Below, piece after piece: positions 48,188 to 58,004 of a stretch of 64,000 bases of DNA (positions within the stretch are counted from its first letter, which is position 1; every line of letters begins with the position of its first letter). The notes beneath the pieces were generated by a model that was not told where the DNA came from, did not search any database, and saw only the letters and a program-made list of their open reading frames with translations. This DNA is from Gammaproteobacteria bacterium (GTDB lineage: Bacteria; Pseudomonadota; Gammaproteobacteria; CAJXQU01): positions 691,598 through 755,597 of the forward strand of contig CBDDAG010000001.1 of assembly GCA_965224825.1 (NCBI GenBank). Direction: 5' to 3'. Made by a program: the position numbers and the translations under genes.

Positions 48188-48460
48188 TTAACTTGAATGA
48201 GGCTTTCTGAAAAGAAAAACCATCGCCGTTCCCAACAACCAGAATGCTGGCGGTACTGGGAAAGAGGAACCTGAGCTAGTTGAACGATTTGCGACAATTG
48301 ACGCAAGATCATTTGTCAGGTCACTGGTCATACCTGCAGTAGCTGTACTCCAAATTGCTTGATCATTAACGTCAACTGCATTGGCTGAAGATACAGCACT
48401 AAAAGTTGTGCTGGCAGCGAATGCGACGGTTAGAGCGAGCATTTTTGATTTTCTCATCAT
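48188..48460 (-). CDS. small secreted PEP-CTERM-sorting-domain protein
   Basis: Signal peptide followed by a Ser/Thr-rich region. The C-terminal PVPPAFWLLGTAMVFLFRKPHSS has the shape of a PEP-CTERM motif (VPEP-like, TM helix, basic tail). Confidence 0.5.
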   Translation of the reverse strand: MMRKSKMLALTVAFAASTTFSAVSSANAVDVNDQAIWSTATAGMTSDLTNDLASIVANRSTSSGSSFPVPPAFWLLGTAMVFLFRKPHSS

Positions 48461-48698
48461 TTATCTCCTTTTCCTTCTGTTAGATGTTTTGGTGTTACTT
48501 GTCATTCTCAATCTACAATGCATAATGCATGCCAATATAAAATAACCAGTAAAAACAAAGGGATAAGGTTTTGCATCTTATGAAAGGAGCCATTTTTACT
48601 GAAAAAGCGTCTCCTGTAGGCGACGCTTTTTAGAGTAAAACAGACTCTTTTGGACTTAAGGTGTAGAAGCAAGGGTAGAAAAACTATTTTTATGAGTA

Positions 48699-50600
48699 TT
48701 ATCCGGTAGCAATATCGACAGGAGATTGCTGATGTCCTTGATCCAGGTAGCTTTGAATGGTTTTGAGTATCTGTGGGGCCGTTAGTCCGCTGTCTTCCAA
48801 CATGTCTGTTTGTGAGCCGTGATGAATAAGACGATCTGGAATACCAATGTGTCGCAAATTAACGACAACACCTGCAGCCGCCAGAACCTCGGAAACTGCG
48901 GACCCGGCACCACCTTCGATGACGTTTTCTTCAATCGTGATCAAATGATCATGATCTTCTGCAAGTTTCATTATCAATTCTGTATCTAAAGGCTTAACAA
49001 AGCGCATATTCACAACGGTTGCATCAAGTTGATCACCAATCTCCATCGCTGGTGTGACCATAGTGCCGAAGGCGAGAAGCGCTACATTTTTGTTCTTACT
49101 CTGGCGACGTATTTCTGCTTTACCAACAGGTAGCGCAGTCATTTCCTTCTGGACTTGCACTCCGGGACCACCACCTCTTGGATATCTGACCGAAGAAGGT
49201 TGATCGAGCTGCATACCGGTATAAAGCATCTGCCGGCACTCATTTTCATCCGCAGGTGCCATGATCACCATATTCGGCAGGCAACGCATGAAGGAATAAT
49301 CGTAGATTCCATTATGGGTCGGGCCATCTGCTCCGACGAAACCAGCTCGATCAATGGCAAAAAGTACCGGAAGATTTTGCAAAGCAACATCGTGTAATAG
49401 TTGATCATAACCTCGTTGTAGAAAGGTCGAATAGATCGCTACCACTGGTTTCAATCCATCACAGGCCATGCCTGCGGCAACATTAACTGCATGTTGTTCG
49501 GCAATCCCCACATCAAAATAGCGATCGGGGTAATCTTGCTCAAACTTAACCAGTCCAGAACCTTCTCGCATAGCGGGTGTGATCGCTACCAGTCGATCAT
49601 CTTCTGCGGCCATGTCGCTGATCCAGTCGCTAAAGATATTTGTGTAGGTTGTTTGTGACGGTTTACCAGATGGAACAATACCCTTTTCAGGATCAAAAGG
49701 TGATACGCCATGATATTTGACCGGGTCTTCCTCAGCCAGCTCATAACCTTTGCCTTTTTTGGTGACAATATGCAGTAATTGTGGGCCTTTGAGTTTTTTG
49801 ATATTTCGCAGAGTCGACATCAAAACAGGTAGATCATGCCCATCAATTGGGCCGATATAATTGAATCCCAACTCTTCAAAAAGTGTTCCGGGGACAATCA
49901 AGCCTTTAGCGTGTTCTTCAAGCCTATGAGCAAGTTCCTTCACCGATGGCATATTGGAAAGTACTTTTTTGCTACCTTCTCGAACGGATGAATAAACTTT
50001 GCCGGAGATGGCTTTTGCAAAATGGTTGGAAAGTGCGCCTACGTTGGGAGAGATCGCCATATTGTTATCGTTATAGACAACCAGTAGATCAGATCCCACG
50101 TCTCCAGCATGATTCATCGCTTCAAATGGTAAGCCAGCTGTCATGCCTCCATCGCCGATGATCGCGACACATTTACGATCAAGGCCAGCATGATCGGCAG
50201 CGATTTGCATTCCTAATGCTGCGCTGATCGAGGTGCTTGAATGACCAACACCAAAGGAGTCGTATTCACTTTCTGCTCGTTTTGGGAAAGGAGAAACTCC
50301 GTCTTTCTGACGAATAGTGGTCATTCGATCTCGACGTCCAGTCAATATTTTATGCGGATAAGCCTGATGTCCCACATCCCAGACCAGACGATCATCGGGT
50401 GTATTAAACAGGTAATGCAATGCGATTGTTAATTCGACCGTGCCCATGCCCGCCGCAAAATGCCCACCACTTTGACTGGCAATATCTACCAGAAAAGCTC
50501 GCAGCTCTTTGACCACCTCCAGCAATTGAGTTTCAGTCAGCTTTCGCAGATCTTCTGGCGAATCTATCTCTGAAAGTAACGGGTATTGAGCATTGTTCAT
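48699..50600 (-). CDS. dxs: 1-deoxy-D-xylulose-5-phosphate synthase
   Basis: TPP-binding GDG...N motif ([11 protein letters not shown]), transketolase-like domains, 633 aa. Confidence 0.92.
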   Translation of the reverse strand: MNNAQYPLLSEIDSPEDLRKLTETQLLEVVKELRAFLVDIASQSGGHFAAGMGTVELTIALHYLFNTPDDRLVWDVGHQAYPHKILTGRRDRMTTIRQKDGVSPFPKRAESEYDSFGVGHSSTSISAALGMQIAADHAGLDRKCVAIIGDGGMTAGLPFEAMNHAGDVGSDLLVVYNDNNMAISPNVGALSNHFAKAISGKVYSSVREGSKKVLSNMPSVKELAHRLEEHAKGLIVPGTLFEELGFNYIGPIDGHDLPVLMSTLRNIKKLKGPQLLHIVTKKGKGYELAEEDPVKYHGVSPFDPEKGIVPSGKPSQTTYTNIFSDWISDMAAEDDRLVAITPAMREGSGLVKFEQDYPDRYFDVGIAEQHAVNVAAGMACDGLKPVVAIYSTFLQRGYDQLLHDVALQNLPVLFAIDRAGFVGADGPTHNGIYDYSFMRCLPNMVIMAPADENECRQMLYTGMQLDQPSSVRYPRGGGPGVQVQKEMTALPVGKAEIRRQSKNKNVALLAFGTMVTPAMEIGDQLDATVVNMRFVKPLDTELIMKLAEDHDHLITIEENVIEGGAGSAVSEVLAAAGVVVNLRHIGIPDRLIHHGSQTDMLEDSGLTAPQILKTIQSYLDQGHQQSPVDIATG

Positions 50601-50731
50601 TCGTTGTCAAAATCACATTAAATTAATTGTGTAATTATGGAGAGTGAGCACTCAGGATGCAAGGAAGTAAGGAACTTATTGCTATATAATGGTCAGATCA
50701 ATTACATAGATAAAATCAGGAAGATTAAAGC

Positions 50732-51847
50732 ATGGCAGTCCCATTAATTCAGCAATATCGAGTCGCACGATATCTGATCACGCAAAAGCTCAAACGTGTC
50801 GAACGATACCCACTTGTATTGATGCTGGAGCCTTTGTTTCAGTGCAATCTGGCTTGTTCGGGTTGTGGCAAAATTGATTATGAGGATGACATTCTCAGTA
50901 AGCGGTTAAGTTATGAGGACTGCATTGCAGCTGTTGATGAGTGTGGAGCTCCAATGGTATCGATCGCTGGTGGTGAACCTTTGATCCATAAAGAAATGCC
51001 ACGCATTGTTGAAACGTTGATCGAAAAGAAAAAGTTCATCTATCTTTGTACCAATGCATTATTACTGGAAAAACGGATCAAAGACTACACGCCGTCACCT
51101 TATCTGACGCTTTCCATTCATCTTGATGGCAATGAAAAACGACATGACCATTCTGTTTGTCGTGATGGTGTTTACAAAAATGTCGTGAAAATCATTAAGC
51201 AGGCCGTTGATCAAGGTTTTCGCGTCACTGTAAATTGCACCTTGTTCCAGAATGAAACCGCTGAAGAAGTTGCTGAGTTTATGGATACTATGATGGCGCT
51301 GGGCGTCGAAGGTGTTACTATTTCACCGGGATACAGCTATCAACATGCACCGCAACAGGACGTGTTCCTGAAGCGTCTTGGGAGTAAACAGTTATTCCGG
51401 AATCTCTTCAAACTGGCGAAAGGCCGTAAATGGCGTTTTAACCAATCATCACTTTATCTGGATTTTCTGGCAGGCAATCAAACTTACGAATGCACACCCT
51501 GGGGCAACCCAACCCGGAATATTTTTGGTTGGCAAAAACCTTGTTACCTGTTGGTCGATGATGGTTATGTACAGACGTTTAAAGAATTGATCAACGATAC
51601 CAGTTGGGAAAAATACGGTACGGGCAAAAACCCAAAATGTGCTGACTGTATGGTGCATTGTGGTTATGAACCGACAGCTGTCAACGATACTTTTAGTCAT
51701 CCTCTGAAAGCGTTGAAAGTCTTTTTGAATGGGCCGCGTACAGAAGGGCCAATGGCGCCGGAACTACCGATTCTTTATGAAGAACCGGAAATGTCTCAGC
51801 CGTACCTAGTACCGATTAATGATGAAAAAGAGGATCGAGTCGCTTAG
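50732..51847 (+). CDS. hpnH: radical SAM adenosyl-hopene transferase HpnH
   Basis: CNLACSGCGK radical-SAM cluster motif in the hpnH-typical N-terminal context (RYPLVLMLEPLFQCNLACSGCGKIDY), 371 aa. Confidence 0.85.
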   Translation: MAVPLIQQYRVARYLITQKLKRVERYPLVLMLEPLFQCNLACSGCGKIDYEDDILSKRLSYEDCIAAVDECGAPMVSIAGGEPLIHKEMPRIVETLIEKKKFIYLCTNALLLEKRIKDYTPSPYLTLSIHLDGNEKRHDHSVCRDGVYKNVVKIIKQAVDQGFRVTVNCTLFQNETAEEVAEFMDTMMALGVEGVTISPGYSYQHAPQQDVFLKRLGSKQLFRNLFKLAKGRKWRFNQSSLYLDFLAGNQTYECTPWGNPTRNIFGWQKPCYLLVDDGYVQTFKELINDTSWEKYGTGKNPKCADCMVHCGYEPTAVNDTFSHPLKALKVFLNGPRTEGPMAPELPILYEEPEMSQPYLVPINDEKEDRVA

Positions 51848-51922
51848 CGTTCTATTGATCAGTCATGAAAGGTTAATGCTTTCGTTGAGAGGATACTGGT
51901 TCTTTCTATTTAGAGCGATCTC

Positions 51923-52537
51923 ATGAAAAAAATTATTCTCTCAAAACTTGCATTGATCTTGTTGTTGTCAGGTTTTCAGGTGTTCCAGATTAGTCATGCT
52001 GACGCAACGCCGGAGTCGGTTGTTGGCAAGCTGCACCAAACTCTTATTCAGATTATGAAAGAGTCTAAAGCTCTCGACTATGACGGTCGATATAAGGTGT
52101 TGGAACCTGTCGTTAGAGATAGTTTTGATTTCGAAACCATTGCCAGAATTGTTATGGGGCGCTACTGGAGAAAACTGGATGATCAGCAAAAAGCTGAATT
52201 CATTGATGTTTTTTCCCGATTGAGTATTGCAAGCTACGCGACACAATTTGATAGTTTTTCGGGTGAGAATTTTGAATATCTCGAAGATGAAGAAATGAAA
52301 AAAGGTCGGATCCTGGTGAAAACAAAATTCGTAACCAACGATCGTGTCGTACCTTTTAACTACGTTTTGCATCCTCTTCAGGATAGATGGCGTATAATCA
52401 ACGTCATTGCAGATGGGGTGAGTGATCTCTCCCTGAAAAGATCGGATTATGCGGCGATCATGAAGTCAGATGGGTTTGATGGATTGATCAGTAAACTGCA
52501 AGAAAAAATTAAATCATCGTCAGGCAGTGAATCTTGA
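51923..52537 (+). CDS. MlaC-family periplasmic lipid-binding protein (hopanoid-associated HpnM-like)
   Basis: Signal peptide, ~200 aa, Tgt2/MlaC-like, sitting between hpnH and hpnN. Confidence 0.65.
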   Translation: MKKIILSKLALILLLSGFQVFQISHADATPESVVGKLHQTLIQIMKESKALDYDGRYKVLEPVVRDSFDFETIARIVMGRYWRKLDDQQKAEFIDVFSRLSIASYATQFDSFSGENFEYLEDEEMKKGRILVKTKFVTNDRVVPFNYVLHPLQDRWRIINVIADGVSDLSLKRSDYAAIMKSDGFDGLISKLQEKIKSSSGSES

Positions 52538-52573
52538 TGAAACAAGTATAACTACAGAAGTCAGAGGCGCTTC

Positions 52574-53347
52574 ATGAATAGAAAAATACCAAACGTTCTT
52601 ACTTTTCTGAGTATCTTATTTTTGTTTACGGTCAGCCCTTTTAGTGCCGCAGGAGAAGAATCGGATCCGCTCGAAGGAATAAACCGGCCAATATACGAAT
52701 TTAATGATGGACTTGACAGGTACATTTTGAAACCCATCGCCAAAGGTTATGTGGCGGTAACTCCTAAACCAGTTAGAACCGGCGTGACGAACTTTTTTGA
52801 TAACCTGACATACCTGAATGTTATTATTAATGACATCTTGCAGGGGAAATTTCATCAAGCCATCGACGACTCTGCTCGTTTCTTTATCAATAGCACTGTT
52901 GGTATTGGTGGAATATTTGATCCTGCCAGTTCGGGAGGATTGGTTAAGCACAAGGAAGATCTTGGGCAGACATTTGGAACCTGGGGTGCTGGAGAAGGGA
53001 CTTATTTAAACCTCCCACTTGTAGGTCCCAACTCAACCAGAGATGCACCGGATATTGTCACCAGTACTTTGTTGAATCCCATCACCTATTTCGCCACCGC
53101 GATCGCGGCTCCTGTATCAGCTGTCGGTCTGGTTAATAAACGTGCAAATTTACTTGATGCTTCAAAATTCAGAGATGAAGCCGCGCTCGATCCTTACGCC
53201 TTCACCCGCGAGGCTTATCGTCAACACAGAACCTCCTTGATTTATGACGGCGATCCACCCGTTGAAGATCTGGAAGATTTTTTTGACGATGAAGAATTCG
53301 AAGAAATTAATGGTGGAATTCCTGAAGATCAGTTGATCATTGAATAA
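52574..53347 (+). CDS. mlaA: MlaA/VacJ family outer-membrane lipoprotein
   Basis: NRPIYEFNDGLDRYILKPIAKGY...FFDNL...N motifs typical of VacJ/MlaA, with an acidic C-terminal tail. Confidence 0.8.
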   Translation: MNRKIPNVLTFLSILFLFTVSPFSAAGEESDPLEGINRPIYEFNDGLDRYILKPIAKGYVAVTPKPVRTGVTNFFDNLTYLNVIINDILQGKFHQAIDDSARFFINSTVGIGGIFDPASSGGLVKHKEDLGQTFGTWGAGEGTYLNLPLVGPNSTRDAPDIVTSTLLNPITYFATAIAAPVSAVGLVNKRANLLDASKFRDEAALDPYAFTREAYRQHRTSLIYDGDPPVEDLEDFFDDEEFEEINGGIPEDQLIIE

Positions 53348-53472
53348 TCATGAACTAGTCCTTTGAGCCTATGTCCAATCCTTAAGAACATTAAGGATGC
53401 ATTCAGGCTCACCATGTAAGAATTTTCACCAGATTGAAAATTCTTTCAACAAACAAAGTAGAGGACTAGCTC

Positions 53473-53916
53473 ATGAAAAAACTAATCACATTAGCTCTCG
53501 TCTCCACCCTGGTTTTCCTGGGCGGATGTAACAAACAACAAATTGGTACCGGCACAGGTGCTGCTCTTGGTGGACTTCTTGGTAGTACGATCGGTGACGG
53601 TAGGGGGCAGTTGGCAGCAACGGCTGCCGGAACATTGGCCGGAGCCCTGATCGGTGGTTCTATCGGCTCCAGTATGGACGAGCTGGATTTAATGAAAACT
53701 AACCGAACACTGGAACGTACTCGTACAGGAGCGACTTCCAGCTGGCAAAATCCAGATAGCGGAGTTCAATATGCAGTAACACCCACTCAGACATACGAAA
53801 CTTCTTCAGGCCCATGTCGTGAATATCGTACCAATGCCACGATTGATGGTCATCGGGAAACGATTTATGGAACGGCTTGTCGGCAATACGATGGACGTTG
53901 GCAAACGGTGAATTAA
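53473..53916 (+). CDS. glycine-zipper lipoprotein of the 17-kDa surface antigen family
   Basis: Lipobox LGGC, a Gly-zipper (GAALGGLLGSTIGDG...), and a C-terminal W.NPD.G...C.EY.....G......YG.ACR..DG.WQ.VN motif. Confidence 0.7.
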   Translation: MKKLITLALVSTLVFLGGCNKQQIGTGTGAALGGLLGSTIGDGRGQLAATAAGTLAGALIGGSIGSSMDELDLMKTNRTLERTRTGATSSWQNPDSGVQYAVTPTQTYETSSGPCREYRTNATIDGHRETIYGTACRQYDGRWQTVN

Positions 53917-54017
53917 TTCAGATTATGATCTAAAGCATCAGTTACAATGAAAGGCCTGCCGGGAAACCTGCAGGCTTTTTTTTGTGTATTAGTTTTGTAT
54001 TAGAGACATCAGGAAAC

Positions 54018-56597
54018 ATGGCATTAAGCTCAACAAAAACTATCGAAAAACTACTCGGGATCTGGCTGAAAAATGTGCAGAAACATGCCTGGTTATTTTT
54101 GTTGTTTGCACTGATCTTTACAGTCTTTAATGTCATTTATATCAAAGACAATCTAGGCATTAATACTGACACCACTGATATGCTGTCAGAGAAGCTGGAT
54201 TGGCGTAAAAAAGATATTCAGTTTAGAAAATCCTTTCCGCAATTTTCAGATAATATAGCGATCGTCATAGAATCAGAAACACCCGATCAAACTCAAGATG
54301 TAACGATAGCATTAACCGAACGATTAGAAAAAGAACAACAATTTTTCCCTTCTGTTTTTCAGATCAAAAACTCAAAATTTTTCCGTCAAAATAGTTTGCT
54401 CTATCTAGACACAGATGAACTGGAAGAACTTGCTGATAATTTAGCCGCAGTGCAACCTTTTCTGGGCAAGCTTCAACAAGATCAAAATATTCGTGGCCTG
54501 TTTTCTGTTCTGACTCAGGCACTAAAAGAACAAGATCAAGAAGTCGATCTGGATCATATTTTTACAGCCATCGATCAAACAATTTCAGCACATCTGCAAG
54601 GGAGGAGCCAACGCATGTCGTGGCACGAATTGATGAGTGGCCGGGAGAGCACGATGGATGATCGACGTTCTGTGATCACTGTACAACCGAAACTCGATTA
54701 TTCAGAATTGTTGCCTGGTGAACCTGCGGTCAGAATGTTGCGATCAATCATCAAAAGCATCAGGGTAGAGGAAGATTATGGTGATGTACAAATTCGGCTC
54801 ACTGGTGACGTGGCGCTTGCCTACGAAGAACTCGATAGTGTCGCGCGTGGTGCACAAGCAGGCGGACTGATTGCCTTGTTTGCCGTTGCCATCGTTCTGA
54901 TCGTAGGACTCCGATCATTGTCTTTGGTTTTTGCCACATTAACCACCCTGATTATTGGCCTGATCTGGACTGCCGCATTTGCGACCGTTGCGATAGGTGA
55001 ATTGAACATGATCTCCATCGCCTTCATGGTGCTCTATATCGGTCTCGGTGGTGATTTTGCCGTTCACCTTTGCCTGCGGTACAGAGAACAGAGGCAGGAT
55101 CTGGATCAAGAGTTGGCTGTAAAAGAAAGTGGAAAACATATCGGAGTATCGCTACTACTTTGTGCCTTCACCACAGCGATTGGTTTTTATGCCTTTTTAC
55201 CGACGGCTTATTCTGGCGTTGCAGAACTAGGGTTGATCTCAGGTACCGGCATGTTTATTAGTTTGTTTCTTAGCTTGACCGTGTTGCCCGCATTGCTCAC
55301 ATTATTACCTTATAAATCCAGAATACGATCCGATAACTCCTCGAATTGGTTCAGCGGTATTCAAAACCTTCCTTTTACACATGCAAAAACGATCATACTT
55401 GTGTCAACCATTATTGGCTTGCTCAGTATCGTCACATTGCCAAAAATTAAGTTTGATCATAACCCTGTGCATCTAATGGATCCGGAAACTGAATCCGTAC
55501 AGACCTATAAGGATCTGCTTGCAGAAAGTTCACGATCACCACTTTCGATTAATCTTGTTGAAACAGAAATCGGCGATCTCCCGGAACAGCTTGAAGCACT
55601 AGGTTCAGTTGATGAAGTGATCACTATAAATAGTTTTATTCCATCAGATCAAAAAAATAAACTGGCCATTATTGAAGATCTTTCACTCGTTATGAGTATG
55701 CCAATAAGCGATCCTGATCAAAAAACTATTTCAGATCAGGATCGTTTATTGGCGATCAACGAGTTTTCTGAAATTCTAAAAACCAGAAAACCAGATCAGA
55801 AACTTAATAAAACATTGGAGAAGTTGCTTAGCCAAAATACAAAAAAACTGCATTTTTTGGATCAAAAGTTGATCGCCTCATTACCCGGTCGCTTACGCAA
55901 TCTTGACGAAAGCCTCAATGCGGAAGAGATCTCCAAAGGATCACTCCCTTCTGATTTACGTGATCGTTGGCAATCTAATGAAAACTATCGCATCGAAGTC
56001 TTTTCTAAAAACGATCTGAATGACAATAAAATCCTGGAATCATTCGTCAATGATGTTCGCAAGATTGCACCTGATGCCATTGGCGTACCCATCATTAATG
56101 TGGATGCAAGTAGCGCCGTGGTCAGAGCATTTCAGCAGGCCCTAGGTCTTGCTCTTGTCGTGATTATAATTTTGTTGTGGTTATTGCTAGATAAAAAAAG
56201 TGATAGCTTTCTAATATTGGCAACATTGATCCTGGCTGGATTAATGACCTGTGCTGTTAGTGTTTTACTGGGGATTCAATTCAACTTTGCTAACGTTATT
56301 GCTCTGCCATTGCTGCTGGGGATCGGTGTCGATAGTTCGATACATATTTTACATCGTTATCGATCAGCATTGCCTGAAAGTGACTCATTATTAAACACCA
56401 GTACTGCCCGAGCTGTGTTGTTCAGTGCTCTGACGACAACCTGTAGCTTCGGTAACCTGGCTATTTCACCTCATCGGGGTACTGCCAGTATGGGAGTATT
56501 ATTGACGCTTGGTTTGATTTTGACCTTGTTTGTAACGTTGATCGTTTTGCCCGCATTGCTCACTCTGACGGATAATTCAGATAGAATGAAATCATAA
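54018..56597 (+). CDS. hpnN: hopanoid-associated RND/MMPL-type transporter HpnN
   Basis: ~860 aa with two 6-TM bundles and two periplasmic domains, between hpnH and hpnO. Start placed at MALSSTKT (54018). Confidence 0.8.
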   Translation: MALSSTKTIEKLLGIWLKNVQKHAWLFLLFALIFTVFNVIYIKDNLGINTDTTDMLSEKLDWRKKDIQFRKSFPQFSDNIAIVIESETPDQTQDVTIALTERLEKEQQFFPSVFQIKNSKFFRQNSLLYLDTDELEELADNLAAVQPFLGKLQQDQNIRGLFSVLTQALKEQDQEVDLDHIFTAIDQTISAHLQGRSQRMSWHELMSGRESTMDDRRSVITVQPKLDYSELLPGEPAVRMLRSIIKSIRVEEDYGDVQIRLTGDVALAYEELDSVARGAQAGGLIALFAVAIVLIVGLRSLSLVFATLTTLIIGLIWTAAFATVAIGELNMISIAFMVLYIGLGGDFAVHLCLRYREQRQDLDQELAVKESGKHIGVSLLLCAFTTAIGFYAFLPTAYSGVAELGLISGTGMFISLFLSLTVLPALLTLLPYKSRIRSDNSSNWFSGIQNLPFTHAKTIILVSTIIGLLSIVTLPKIKFDHNPVHLMDPETESVQTYKDLLAESSRSPLSINLVETEIGDLPEQLEALGSVDEVITINSFIPSDQKNKLAIIEDLSLVMSMPISDPDQKTISDQDRLLAINEFSEILKTRKPDQKLNKTLEKLLSQNTKKLHFLDQKLIASLPGRLRNLDESLNAEEISKGSLPSDLRDRWQSNENYRIEVFSKNDLNDNKILESFVNDVRKIAPDAIGVPIINVDASSAVVRAFQQALGLALVVIIILLWLLLDKKSDSFLILATLILAGLMTCAVSVLLGIQFNFANVIALPLLLGIGVDSSIHILHRYRSALPESDSLLNTSTARAVLFSALTTTCSFGNLAISPHRGTASMGVLLTLGLILTLFVTLIVLPALLTLTDNSDRMKS

Positions 56598-56610
56598 ATA
56601 GAGGTCTTTT

Positions 56611-58002
56611 ATGTCGTTCAGTATTGCCGAACTTTTTGCTCAACATTTTGATGATAAATTCGATCTGCATGAGCAGCACCTTAATAACCAGATGGTCAGG
56701 GTTCTAAGAACCATTGGTTATGATCGGAATTATAAAAAAGCACAAGGACAATATTTATATGATGAAAATAATAATGAATATTTAGATCTGCTCAGTGGTT
56801 TTGGTGTTTTCGCCATTGGACGAAACCACCCAACGGTGATCAGCGCATTACAGGAAACGCTGACACTGGAACTTCCCAATTTGGTACAGATGGATGTGTC
56901 ATTACTAAGTGGTTTATTAGCAGAAAAACTTCTCGCTACTACGCCTGATCATTTAACAAAAATGTTTTTCTGTAACTCAGGAACCGAAGCCGTAGAAGCT
57001 GCGATCAAGTTTGCTCGATACACCACTAAACGTGATCGAATTGTTCACTGTGAACATAGTTTTCATGGCTTAACCCTAGGAGCATTATCTTTAAATGGTG
57101 AGGAAATATTTAAAGAAGGTTTTGGATCTTTATTGCCGAACTGTGATGCAATTCCTTTTAATGATCTGGAAGCTCTTGAAAAATCATTAAGCGGATCAGA
57201 TGTCGCTGCATTTATTGTCGAACCTGTTCAGGGAAAAGGTGTTTACATTCCAGATGAAAATTATTTTCATGAAGTAGAACGTCTATGTAAAAAATATGGC
57301 ACCTTATTCGTTGCTGATGAAATTCAAACTGGACTAGGTCGTACAGGAAAATTTTGGGCGATTGATCATTGGGGCGTAAACCCGGACATGATCTTAATGG
57401 CAAAAGCATTGTCTGGTGGATTCATTCCGGTCGGTGCGGTGGCGATGACTAAGAAGATTATGGATACCGTTTTTAATCGAATGGATCGAGCGGTTGTGCA
57501 TGGATCGACTTTTTCCAAAAACAATATGGCGATGGCCGCAGGACTCGCAACCCTGCAGGTTATGGAAGATGAAAACCTGGTAGAAAATTCTGCAAAAATT
57601 GGTGATGACATAGTCAACTCCATTAATGCTATGGCGAGTAAATACGAATTTTTGAAAGAAGCTCGTGGTAAAGGACTGATGATCGCTGTTGAATTTCAGC
57701 CGCCGAAAAGTTTGAAACTAAAGGCGGCATGGAAGATGTTAGAGGCCGCAAACAAAGGGCTTTTCTGCCAGATGGTGACCATCCCTTTATTCAAAGATCA
57801 TCGTGTTTTAACCCAGGTTGCCGGTCATGGTATGAACGTAGTAAAACTTTTGCCGCCGTTGAACCTGACTCAAAAAGACTACGATTGGATTGTCGACTCT
57901 TTTGATAAAGCGATCGGAGATACACATCAGGTTCCCGGATCAATCTGGGACTTAGGTAAAAACCTTGCCGGTCATGCTATAAAAAATAAAATGGGTTCCT
58001 GA
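56611..58002 (+). CDS. hpnO: class-III (ornithine-type) aminotransferase HpnO
   Basis: PLP aminotransferase class III motifs (VADEIQTGLGRTG, Lys in MAKALSGG). It closes the hopanoid cluster. Confidence 0.8.
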   Translation: MSFSIAELFAQHFDDKFDLHEQHLNNQMVRVLRTIGYDRNYKKAQGQYLYDENNNEYLDLLSGFGVFAIGRNHPTVISALQETLTLELPNLVQMDVSLLSGLLAEKLLATTPDHLTKMFFCNSGTEAVEAAIKFARYTTKRDRIVHCEHSFHGLTLGALSLNGEEIFKEGFGSLLPNCDAIPFNDLEALEKSLSGSDVAAFIVEPVQGKGVYIPDENYFHEVERLCKKYGTLFVADEIQTGLGRTGKFWAIDHWGVNPDMILMAKALSGGFIPVGAVAMTKKIMDTVFNRMDRAVVHGSTFSKNNMAMAAGLATLQVMEDENLVENSAKIGDDIVNSINAMASKYEFLKEARGKGLMIAVEFQPPKSLKLKAAWKMLEAANKGLFCQMVTIPLFKDHRVLTQVAGHGMNVVKLLPPLNLTQKDYDWIVDSFDKAIGDTHQVPGSIWDLGKNLAGHAIKNKMGS

Positions 58003-58004
58003 GA

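Noticed and set aside
48152-48206. Duplicate aatgaggcttt 11-mer (48152 and 48196)
   Set aside because: One copy is half of the terminator stem and the other lies in the last codons of the PEP-CTERM ORF. This is too short to call a repeat element.
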